Assembly: GCA_020049775.1 (NCBI GenBank)
Contig: JAGVLO010000008.1
Coordinates: 83,790-147,789, forward strand
Length of the DNA: 64,000 nt
From: Alphaproteobacteria bacterium
Lineage (GTDB): Bacteria > Pseudomonadota > Alphaproteobacteria > Rickettsiales > SXRF01
Reading direction: 5' to 3'
Positions 1 through 8,254 of this stretch are shown one piece after another. The notes beneath the pieces are model-generated. The model did no database searches and was not told the DNA's origin. It was given only the letters and a program-made list of their open reading frames with translations. Made by a program: the position numbers and the translations under genes. Position 1 is the stretch's first letter. Each line of letters starts with the position of its first letter.

Positions 1-561
1 CTTGGCAATGCGCTGGTTGCACCCGTTATTGCTTATGTACCCGAGGGAAAGATTTCACCACCGGAAGGCAATATGCGTTTTTCCGGTACTATTTCCCTGC
101 GTGAAGAAGGATTCGCCATGCTTTTGGAAGACGCAGCGCGCAGCTTCAAACAGGCGGGTTTTAGAACAATATGTTTCATCGGTGATAATGGCGCAAACCA
201 GAAAATACAGTCAGACATAGCCCAGAAGCTTTCAGTTGAATGGCAAAAAGAGGGAATAACAGTGCTGCATGTCAGTGACTACTACGCCAATAACGGTTCT
301 GAACAATGGGTGGCATCAACATTGCCCATGACAAAAGAACCCGCAGCACACGGCGGCTTCATGGATACAGCTGAGACTATGGCCATAAATAGCAGCGCCA
401 TAAGATTGGGAAAGCTCAAGCCTTACGATGCAAAAGACTTTGAGGCCACGGGAGCGATGGGCAGCCCTGTTGATGCGAATGCCAATTATGGGAAACAGTT
501 GCTGTTATTTAAAATCAATGCAGCCGTCGCACAAATCCAGAAACACCTGCCAAAAAACTAG
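1..561 (+). CDS. creatininase (creatinine amidohydrolase) family protein, 5' end cut by window edge
   Basis: Frame 1 is open from base 1 (LGNALVAPVIAYVPEGKISPPEGNMRFSGTISL...) and continues into the listed 73..561 ORF. FIGDNGAN and AAHGGFMDTAET resemble the creatininase-family metal-site segments. Confidence 0.7.
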   Translation, partial: LGNALVAPVIAYVPEGKISPPEGNMRFSGTISLREEGFAMLLEDAARSFKQAGFRTICFIGDNGANQKIQSDIAQKLSVEWQKEGITVLHVSDYYANNGSEQWVASTLPMTKEPAAHGGFMDTAETMAINSSAIRLGKLKPYDAKDFEATGAMGSPVDANANYGKQLLLFKINAAVAQIQKHLPKN

Positions 562-1607
562 CTGCACCAGCGCAGCGTCTTTTCCGGCAGCCGGTTTTCA
601 AATGGCATGTTGTTTTGCTGCGCCTCAAGGAAATCTTTTTTCAGGCGGTAATACCAGAGCGCCTGCGCATCAGCATCACCAAGCAGCATCAGGCTCGGGT
701 GGTCACCGCTCAGTCCTTCCTGCTGTTTTTTGACAATTTCCAGATCCTGCCTGATAAAAGCCTTGCCGAATAATACCAGCAACGGCTTGAGGATGTTGAC
801 CAGCGGTATGGTCGAATACATGAACTGGTGCAACTCGGTTGTATCGGCATCAATCGGCGTCAGCGCCGTCAGCAGTACAATATGATGTTTACCAATGCTG
901 ATATGTTCCGTGCGCAGGCCCGGAAGCTGGAAAGAAATTTCCGTTGTTTTTTCACCGCCACCGAGAATTTTATAGGCGCGTGAATTCGATGAAGGCTTGT
1001 GATTTACCATCTTGAAGCCATACCCCACCGGAGCGAATTTCTTTTCCTTCAGATGCATCGAACGCTGGCTGCGCCACCACCATGACGCATGCACAAACGG
1101 CCCATGCGACGGATCCATCAGGCCAATAACAGCGTGGTCGATATTGCACGGGAACGTTACGGAATCGACCCAGCTGAATTTTGTCATTGTGATTGGGCTG
1201 GACGGTATTTCCGGCAATTGTTCAGGCACACGTGATTTTGGCGGCGGCACAAACACCCAGATATTGCCGTCCACCTCACGACAGGGGAATGATTGTGTTT
1301 TAATGCGTGAAATATCTGTCTTGTCTTCAGGCGTCAGCGAAGGAATCTTAGTGCATTTACCCTCGCTGTTAAAGCACCAGCCATGATAACAGCACTCAAT
1401 TTCCTTGCCATCAAATTTGCCATAGCGCAGGGGTACGCCCCGGTGCGGGCAAAAATCACGCAGCGCAAAAACTTTGCCTTCCTGGGTGCGCCCCAACAAC
1501 ACATCCTGTCCCAGTATTTTTTTTGCAAGCATCTTGCCAACGCGCAGTTGATGACCAGGCAGCGCTACATACCAGAGATTGTGAAGCAGTTCTTTATCGT
1601 TTTGCAT
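558..1607 (-). CDS. Rieske [2Fe-2S] non-heme iron oxygenase (PaO/Tic55-like)
   Basis: Rieske motif CPHRGVPL...CCYHGW near the N-terminus, followed by a catalytic domain of about 230 aa. The 349-aa length is typical. Confidence 0.8.
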   Translation of the reverse strand: MQNDKELLHNLWYVALPGHQLRVGKMLAKKILGQDVLLGRTQEGKVFALRDFCPHRGVPLRYGKFDGKEIECCYHGWCFNSEGKCTKIPSLTPEDKTDISRIKTQSFPCREVDGNIWVFVPPPKSRVPEQLPEIPSSPITMTKFSWVDSVTFPCNIDHAVIGLMDPSHGPFVHASWWWRSQRSMHLKEKKFAPVGYGFKMVNHKPSSNSRAYKILGGGEKTTEISFQLPGLRTEHISIGKHHIVLLTALTPIDADTTELHQFMYSTIPLVNILKPLLVLFGKAFIRQDLEIVKKQQEGLSGDHPSLMLLGDADAQALWYYRLKKDFLEAQQNNMPFENRLPEKTLRWCS

Positions 1608-1856
1608 GGGTTACCTAGTGTTTCCCAGCATCAGTAACCGCTTGCAAGGCTAACGTCAAATAATAGCTTATACATTCCTAAGCGTAATATTTTATATATT
1701 ATTGAGATATATTGATAAAATTACAATGCCTACCTAGAATCATGCATTATTTTTCCTTGGCCTTATTAACTCTAATTTTATGTATTGCTATCATATTCAT
1801 AACTATTAGTTTTCTAATTACGCTAAATATCCCTGCAACATAATTCTATAACGTAG

Positions 1857-3311
1857 ATGCGCTCTAAATCTCAGATTAAAGTACTGTGCTACATAGTTAC
1901 CTATAACGCCTCTCGCTTTATTGAAGAGGTCTTGAACCGCATTCCAGAAGAATGTTGGGCCAATGACCGTTATCAATTTGATGTACTCATTTCTGATGAC
2001 TGCTCACCTGACGATACCGTTGACGTATGTAAGCGTTATATTGATGGGTCAAAACACTCCATCAAAGTCTCGAGGACAAAGCATAATCTGGGATATGGCG
2101 GAAATCAGAAATTAGGCTACGACCATGCCATACACAATGGCTATGATGCCGTCGTGCTGCTTCATGGCGATGCACAATATGGCCCCGAATATTTACCGGC
2201 ATTGATTGATCCCATACTTGATGGAAAAGCTGATGTCATGTTGGGGTCGCGGATGATGCATAAGAAAGATGCACTCAAGGGCCGGATGCCATGGTATAAA
2301 TTTATTGGCAATATAACGCTTACCCAGTTCCAAAATTACATGCTCGGTAGTAAGCTGGCAGAATTCCATACGGGGTTACGGGCCTACTCGACAAAAAGTT
2401 TGTCTAACATAAACTATCGCTACAATAGCGATGGATACGTATTTGATACCGAAATACTTATACAGCATATAAATGCAGAACATCCCATCGGTGAAATTCC
2501 TATTGCGACCCGTTACGGCGATGAAGAATGCAACGTTAATGGCATCAAATATGCACTTCGGGTAGTCAGGAAAACCCTTGCATTCAGAATGCATAAGCTT
2601 GGTTTTTGCTACCTTCGGCAATATGACAAGGGGTATGGTGAATATCAATCAAAGACAGACTTCTATAGCAGCCATCGTTTTGCAATTGAACAGTCACAAA
2701 GCAGTGACCTATTACTGGATATAGGCGGCGGAAGCGGACATGTTGCCGGAGTATTGCATGAACAAGGCAAAAAAGTGCATGGTTTGGACAGTCGGGAAGC
2801 AGATGATCTAACCAGAAAAAATTATACTCATTATGTAAAAGTAGATCTGGATAGTTTTGCTGACTTTACTTCACTGAATATAAAACCCGATACTGTATTA
2901 TTGCTCGATATACTTGAACATCTCAAGCAGCCTGAGCGCCTTATTCACCATCTGCGTGATATATTGCGCCCCGAATCCAGACTAATAATTACTTTGCCAA
3001 ACGTAGCTTTTTTCAGTGTCCGTGTAAAATTACTCTTTGGTTTCTTCAACTATGGATCCAGAGGTACCATGGATCACACACACCTACGGTTCTTTACATT
3101 TTCGTCTATAGTAGCCATGCTTAAGAGTGAAGGGTATAAAATTACCCATGTGCGGGGTATTCCTGCGCCATTCCCGCTGGTAATCAAATGGAGGAGCTTA
3201 GCAACGCTCTGTATCAATATAAACAGCTTGCTGATAGCTATCCATAAAGGCTTGTTTGCCTATCAGATTGCAGTTATCGCACAGCCAAAGATTATTTCTC
3301 ACGACAGCTAA
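1857..3311 (+). CDS. bifunctional glycosyltransferase family 2 / class I SAM-dependent methyltransferase
   Basis: N-terminal GT2 signature (VTYNASRFIEEVL...ISDDCSPDDT...HGDAQY). The C-terminal half has a methyltransferase motif I (LLDIGGGSGHVAG) and LLLDILEHL. Confidence 0.8.
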   Translation: MRSKSQIKVLCYIVTYNASRFIEEVLNRIPEECWANDRYQFDVLISDDCSPDDTVDVCKRYIDGSKHSIKVSRTKHNLGYGGNQKLGYDHAIHNGYDAVVLLHGDAQYGPEYLPALIDPILDGKADVMLGSRMMHKKDALKGRMPWYKFIGNITLTQFQNYMLGSKLAEFHTGLRAYSTKSLSNINYRYNSDGYVFDTEILIQHINAEHPIGEIPIATRYGDEECNVNGIKYALRVVRKTLAFRMHKLGFCYLRQYDKGYGEYQSKTDFYSSHRFAIEQSQSSDLLLDIGGGSGHVAGVLHEQGKKVHGLDSREADDLTRKNYTHYVKVDLDSFADFTSLNIKPDTVLLLDILEHLKQPERLIHHLRDILRPESRLIITLPNVAFFSVRVKLLFGFFNYGSRGTMDHTHLRFFTFSSIVAMLKSEGYKITHVRGIPAPFPLVIKWRSLATLCININSLLIAIHKGLFAYQIAVIAQPKIISHDS

Positions 3312-4062
3312 AAAACCCGTCCACTATCCAGTGTGATAGCCAGCCCTGCACCCCGGCAGCTATGGGTTCAACCATGTCGGAATGGCTTTCCACCACCGCG
3401 TCAAGCGCATCACCAACACTCTTTCCACTGATAATTTCCTGCAACAGATAATAGGACGGCTCCTGCAACATGGTGCGCTGCACTTCATTGTTGTGGCGAT
3501 AGACATATACATAACTCGCCTGTTTCAATGGCGCATCTACTATTCCGTTCGTACGCTGCCTGTCCAACCATTCGCTTACCGGATAGGAAAACGCAATCAG
3601 TTGGGAAGCCGCTCGCGGCTTCAGCACTAGTCCAGCGAGGCCTTCTATGGTCAGCCCTTCCAGTGCAGCGGGCAAAAGTGGTGTACTTTCCTCCATCATG
3701 AATACACGCGAAATCGTCCGTTCAAGCTGTGCCACCTCGCGAGCAAAATCCGGCTGCTGACTTATTGCCACGAAATCCGCAAAACCATGCGGGTAAAAAT
3801 CGAGATTGTAATATACTGACGGCGTCTGCCGGACGTATTCCTGTGCCAGCCCATCAAACGCAGGCGCCCCCAGCAATGCCAGCAACGCCGGATAATCCGC
3901 ACGTATGGCACCTAGCAGACGCAATATGTAACCGTCGCTGTAAATGGCCAGCTGCTGTTCTGGTGTAAGCCTTGGGTGTTTTTTTACCGATGTAACAACT
4001 GGTGACGTATCGCCGGTAATGACAGTGTGGTGAAATTTCTCCAGCAGCTTTTGCATGGTCAC
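3292..4062 (-). CDS. bufC: DUF2063 protein, BufC-like partner of the MNIO enzyme
   Basis: Start overlaps the stop of the DUF692 gene (ATGA). N-terminal FHHTVITGD...QLAIYSDGY matches the DUF2063 pattern. It has the operon position expected of bufC. Confidence 0.75.
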   Translation of the reverse strand: MTMQKLLEKFHHTVITGDTSPVVTSVKKHPRLTPEQQLAIYSDGYILRLLGAIRADYPALLALLGAPAFDGLAQEYVRQTPSVYYNLDFYPHGFADFVAISQQPDFAREVAQLERTISRVFMMEESTPLLPAALEGLTIEGLAGLVLKPRAASQLIAFSYPVSEWLDRQRTNGIVDAPLKQASYVYVYRHNNEVQRTMLQEPSYYLLQEIISGKSVGDALDAVVESHSDMVEPIAAGVQGWLSHWIVDGFFSCREK

Positions 4063-4916
4063 GCCGCCTGCGTTGCTGATTGACGTGCAAGCTGACGTGC
4101 TTTTCCAATCTCCTGCTGCAGCACATCAAAAGCAGGGATGTGATCATCCCATTCCACCATGGTGGTTTTCATGCCTTTTGTGCGTACCAGATAGGCGTAC
4201 AAATCCCACACCTCAGGTATTACGTGGTGGTCATGCGTATCTATGATATATGTACCCAGATTGAGGTGTCCCGCCAGATGCACCTGCACAATGCGCTCAG
4301 CTGGCAGCGCATCAATATAACGTTTTGGGTCATATCCGTGATTGAATGAGCTGACATAGACATTGTTTACGTCCAGCAACAGAGCGCAATCAGCTTCTTC
4401 GGAAAGGCGAGCGAGAAAATCCCACTCCGACAGTGTTGATTCATTAAACTCGAGGTAGCTTGAGGGATTTTCCAACACTAGGGGGCGCTGCAAAATATCC
4501 TGCACCTGTTTTACCCTTGATACAATATGGGTAAGCATTTCTTCCGTATATGGCACAGGCAATAAATCATGGGTGTTTTTACCCTGTACGCCCGTCCAGC
4601 ATAAATGGTCAGAGACCCATGGAGGTTGCAGGAAATCTGCCAGTGCTTTCAGCTTCTTTAAATAATCTTTGTTCAAATCATCGCTGGATCCAATCGACAG
4701 CGACACACCGTGCATCACGATGGGATAATGCTTGCGCACGTCTCCCAGAAATTCCCAGTACCCCTTGTGCGCCTCCAGAAAATTTTCTGAAATCACCTCA
4801 AACCAATCAACAGTGGATGACTTGCCCTCGCGCATCATAGACAATACGCAGTCATAATGATCGGCTCTCAGCCCAAGCCCGAATCCCAGCTGTGGTAGTC
4901 TAAATCGGTTTGACAT
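4059..4916 (-). CDS. bufB: DUF692 / MNIO (multinuclear non-heme iron oxidative) family RiPP maturase, BufB-like
   Basis: PQLGFGLGLR...DWFEVISENF...HGVSLSIGS...VSDHLCW...LENPSSY...QVHLAGH are DUF692 (TIM-barrel) hallmarks. I prefer the ATG at 4916 (GGAGA 5 nt upstream) over the TTG at 4934 used by the ORF track. Confidence 0.85.
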   Translation of the reverse strand: MSNRFRLPQLGFGLGLRADHYDCVLSMMREGKSSTVDWFEVISENFLEAHKGYWEFLGDVRKHYPIVMHGVSLSIGSSDDLNKDYLKKLKALADFLQPPWVSDHLCWTGVQGKNTHDLLPVPYTEEMLTHIVSRVKQVQDILQRPLVLENPSSYLEFNESTLSEWDFLARLSEEADCALLLDVNNVYVSSFNHGYDPKRYIDALPAERIVQVHLAGHLNLGTYIIDTHDHHVIPEVWDLYAYLVRTKGMKTTMVEWDDHIPAFDVLQQEIGKARQLARQSATQAA

Positions 4917-4933
4917 AAGGTCTCCAAAAAGCA

Positions 4934-4959
4934 AGAGGCCCGCCTCACGGCGGGCCTCT
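4934..4959 (-). terminator. intercistronic stem-loop (attenuator or partial terminator) between bufA and bufB
   Basis: Perfect 11-bp stem AGAGGCCCGCC / GGCGGGCCTCT with a 4-nt loop. On the minus-strand transcript it is followed by UGCUUUUU, 15 nt after the bufA stop. Confidence 0.5.
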
Positions 4960-4974
4960 CCATCTCAAAAACTA

Positions 4975-5238
4975 TTAGCCTTTGGTCTTTGGCTCTAACT
5001 TGCCACCTTCTTTTTCGCAAGTACCCTTAGCTACATACTTCCATTCATCAGCATCGCCATCCTGCTTTGCCTGGCCAGCGCATGCATGCGAGCCATTGGC
5101 TGCTTTGCAGTCATTCTTACCAGCCTTGGCAATGCCATAGCACTTTTCTTTTTCAGCAGCAGCTGCATGATTATCGGCCTGAGCAATACCAGCCGCCAGA
5201 ACGCCCGCGAGAGCAACGGAAAGAAGCAGTTTATTCAT
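4975..5238 (-). CDS. bufA: DUF2282 / BufA1-type bufferin precursor peptide (secreted, 4 Cys)
   Basis: Sec signal peptide ([21 protein letters not shown]). The core has Cys at residues 33, 44, 53 and 74 in the pattern [12 protein letters not shown]...HACAG...KGTC typical of DUF2282. It lies directly upstream of the DUF692 and DUF2063 genes. Confidence 0.8.
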   Translation of the reverse strand: MNKLLLSVALAGVLAAGIAQADNHAAAAEKEKCYGIAKAGKNDCKAANGSHACAGQAKQDGDADEWKYVAKGTCEKEGGKLEPKTKG

Positions 5239-5470
5239 AAAATTATCTCCATAGAAGTTATATAGTTTTCAAGAGTTACGGGTGTTAACTACCCAACCCG
5301 CGACGATATTCGTATCACCAAACCAAAAAAGTTACATCTTTAAATTTTGTAATGTTTCAAAGCCTAACCTATATTAACGGGAAAAATAAATAGCGGTGGC
5401 GATTTATGCATTTATCGCCTATAAACATATTGTAATTGAATAGAAATTAACAACAAACAAGCGACTGGGC

Positions 5471-6442
5471 ATGAAAGTATTACTAACCGGTGGCGCCGGA
5501 TATGTTGGCAGCCATGTGCTAAGAAAATTATGTGATCAAAAAATATCGACACTGGTATTTGATGACCTTTCCAGCGGCCATAAGGAATTTATTGGCGACA
5601 ACCCTTTCATGCAAGGCGATATCAGCAAGATTGAGTCTGTAGACGGCGCATTTGCACAATTCAGGCCAGACATGGTGTTTCATATTGCAGCGCTGGCGAC
5701 TTTAAGTGAATGCAGCAAACGACCTGATGACTGCCACCGTGTCAATGTTACCGGCACACGCAATATCCTTGATGCCATGCGCAAACATGGAGTCAAGCAC
5801 ATGGTTTTCGCCAGCAGCTGTGCCGTGTATGCTAACGCCAGGACAATGACTGCACTGCGAGAAACCGATGAAATTGGGCCAATAAGTCCCTACGCAGAAT
5901 CCAAACGCGATTGCGAGGTGCTGCTGCGCGAATATGATAGTAAATACGGCATACGCTCTGTGGCATTCCGTATATTTAATGTATCAGGCGCACATCCCGA
6001 GGCCAACATTGGCGAACGCCATAATCCTGAAACGCATCTGCTTCCGCTTGTCATAGACACCATGCTCGGGCGCAGGCCGGCCATTTATATTTATGGTAAC
6101 GACTACCCCACCCCTGACGGCACCGCCGTGCGCGATTATGTACATGTGTGGGACATCGCCGAGGCATTCTTTCGTGCCGGCAAATTGCTGGGGGAAGGAA
6201 GCCCGTCACATATCCTGAACCTAGGTTCAGGCGTAGCAACCTCTGTCTATGACCTAATAAATGCTGTGAAAATTCAGGCAAAAATGGATGTTCCCTCTTC
6301 GCTGCAATCGCGTCGCGAAGGCGATTCCGCCTGGCTGTTTGCGGATGCTGCACTGCTTGAAAAAACATTACGATGGAAACCTGAGTGGTCAAATATGCAG
6401 GCCATTATCCAGACAGCTTTGAAATGGCACCAAAACCAGTAG
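5471..6442 (+). CDS. galE: UDP-glucose 4-epimerase
   Basis: N-terminal GGAGYVGSH Rossmann motif, a YxxxK catalytic motif (PYAESK), 323 aa, and a GalE-like C-terminus. Confidence 0.85.
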   Translation: MKVLLTGGAGYVGSHVLRKLCDQKISTLVFDDLSSGHKEFIGDNPFMQGDISKIESVDGAFAQFRPDMVFHIAALATLSECSKRPDDCHRVNVTGTRNILDAMRKHGVKHMVFASSCAVYANARTMTALRETDEIGPISPYAESKRDCEVLLREYDSKYGIRSVAFRIFNVSGAHPEANIGERHNPETHLLPLVIDTMLGRRPAIYIYGNDYPTPDGTAVRDYVHVWDIAEAFFRAGKLLGEGSPSHILNLGSGVATSVYDLINAVKIQAKMDVPSSLQSRREGDSAWLFADAALLEKTLRWKPEWSNMQAIIQTALKWHQNQ

Positions 6443-8250
6443 CTATTATTTCATCTATAGAGCTAAAGCATTGCCTGTTCCTGCTATGTACGCTGGTCCT
6501 AGCGATGCACTGGTTTGCATTACCTAAAATGGAACTGGTTGAGAAACAGATTAATGGCAAAGTTGTAGACACACTTACGCTGATGCCTGCTGATATTGGA
6601 GTAACCAATAATAACAGTGTCGCTGCATATGGCGAAGTAACTTATAAATACGCAATAGAACACCGTTCAGGCCAGCAAACAAATTTTCACTTCTATCCCA
6701 AAGGCTGCCTGTCACGTGTCACGCTCAATGGCTACCCAATACCATACCCTATGGTTTCTCACTGTAGCTTTGAGATGGGGCTGACTATTGACCTGGAAGA
6801 CTACCTTCAGGAAGGAAAGAATACACTTATTGTTGTCAAAGATGGCTGGAAGCTGGTGTTGGGACCCTTGATATTTGGGGAGGATTTTGGCTTATCTAGC
6901 ATATTGGGCGGCCTTCTTATTGCCGTAGCTTTTCTGACTATTATACGTTTTGTAGAAAAGCTTACACATGATCATATTGCAGCGTGCATCATTGCATGTG
7001 GATTTCTTCTGTATCTTTACATACTGAATAATACCACGTTTATGTGGAAAAAATATGATATGCCGCAGCATCTCGATTATGCGGCGTTTATAGCTAATCA
7101 CCTTAGATGGCCAAGCACTACACAGGGATTCCTGACCTATCACCCCCCTCTGTACTATACGCTTCAGGCGATAGTAATCTTATTAGCAAATTTTTTAGGT
7201 AGTTTTGAGGTGGTTTCTGTAATGCGTATGTTTAATGTCGCGTGCTTTATGGCGTTTCTGATTTTCGCAAGTGCAACATTAAGAAAATATATCAAAAATA
7301 ATATAGCGTATTATACAGCACTCATATTTCTTGTGTTTTACCCGGGCAGTGGCGTCATTTCTGTCCGCATGGACAGCAATTTGCTATTCTACCCTTTGTA
7401 TATGGGGTGTATTTATTTTACTGTCTGCTGGCTAGAGAATAGGCAATACCGACAATTAGGCTATGCGCTTGCCATGTGTGGCCTTGCAATGGCTACACGA
7501 TCTAACGCACTTCTATTACTACCCATTATAGGTATAGCCGCTTTATATCAATGGAAGAGGGTAAATTTTTGGTACCTGTTTTCCTGCCTGAGGTCACGTG
7601 CAGTACTGATAGGAATACTTGTGCTTCTGATTGGCACCGCTGCAAATTTTGGCCGTCCAGCCTATGAGCATATGGGTAGCAAGCGCAATCATGATTATAT
7701 CGTTGCCAATGCCGGTTATCTTGCTTCCATTGCACGAGGGTTGCGCATAACCAATACATTGGATCATTACGTCAGCTTTGATTTTAATGAGTACATTGCA
7801 CCGCCTTATTTCAATGTCTGGTGGGATAAAGGTGGGCGCCATTACTTCTGGATAACTGCAATCAAATCTTCTATGTACGGCGAATTTTCTTTCCCTAATG
7901 GATGGATTGCCGTGTATCTAAACATAATTATATTGGCTATTATTGCCTATATTGCTACAACAATAGCTATGGGATACCGGCATCTGCCCAGAGAGGCAGA
8001 ATGGCTGATATTCCTGATTACGCTCATAATACCCTTGGCCGGATTAGCCGCTAACCGCATTCTCCACCCTATCGCCTGCTCGCAGGACTTTCGTTATGTC
8101 TATCCGGCGATTGCTTCATTCTGCGGGCTAATTGGCTTTGCCATCCAGCAAAACCTAGCCCAAAACAGAATGCTCATGGCTGCCACCGGCATCGTGGCAG
8201 CAGGAATATTCGCCCTGTTCTCGTTATTGTTTTTCCTGAAGATGTTCTAG
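6424..8250 (+). CDS. polytopic membrane protein, GT-C-like (ArnT/PMT_2-type) putative glycosyltransferase with an N-terminal extracytoplasmic domain
   Basis: More than 10 predicted TM helices after a soluble domain of about 120 aa. The architecture resembles ArnT/PMT_2 proteins. Start is ambiguous (GTG 6385, ATG 6424, ATG 6505). No sequence search was run. Confidence 0.5.
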   Translation: MAPKPVAIISSIELKHCLFLLCTLVLAMHWFALPKMELVEKQINGKVVDTLTLMPADIGVTNNNSVAAYGEVTYKYAIEHRSGQQTNFHFYPKGCLSRVTLNGYPIPYPMVSHCSFEMGLTIDLEDYLQEGKNTLIVVKDGWKLVLGPLIFGEDFGLSSILGGLLIAVAFLTIIRFVEKLTHDHIAACIIACGFLLYLYILNNTTFMWKKYDMPQHLDYAAFIANHLRWPSTTQGFLTYHPPLYYTLQAIVILLANFLGSFEVVSVMRMFNVACFMAFLIFASATLRKYIKNNIAYYTALIFLVFYPGSGVISVRMDSNLLFYPLYMGCIYFTVCWLENRQYRQLGYALAMCGLAMATRSNALLLLPIIGIAALYQWKRVNFWYLFSCLRSRAVLIGILVLLIGTAANFGRPAYEHMGSKRNHDYIVANAGYLASIARGLRITNTLDHYVSFDFNEYIAPPYFNVWWDKGGRHYFWITAIKSSMYGEFSFPNGWIAVYLNIIILAIIAYIATTIAMGYRHLPREAEWLIFLITLIIPLAGLAANRILHPIACSQDFRYVYPAIASFCGLIGFAIQQNLAQNRMLMAATGIVAAGIFALFSLLFFLKMF

Positions 8251-8254
8251 AAGC

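Noticed and set aside
1609-1639. GGTTAC-N19-GTAACC upstream of the Rieske oxygenase, as a possible second site for the factor binding CTGTAACC-N7-GGTTACAG at 34009
   Set aside because: The orientation of the half-sites and the spacing differ, and a 6-bp half-site is too short to be meaningful on its own.
5338-5355. Shared TTTGTAATGTT 11-mer between the bufA-galE intergenic region and the palindrome upstream of nrdJ (39468-78)
   Set aside because: Chance 11-mer repeats are expected many times in 64 kb of two-stranded sequence, and the flanks do not extend the match.
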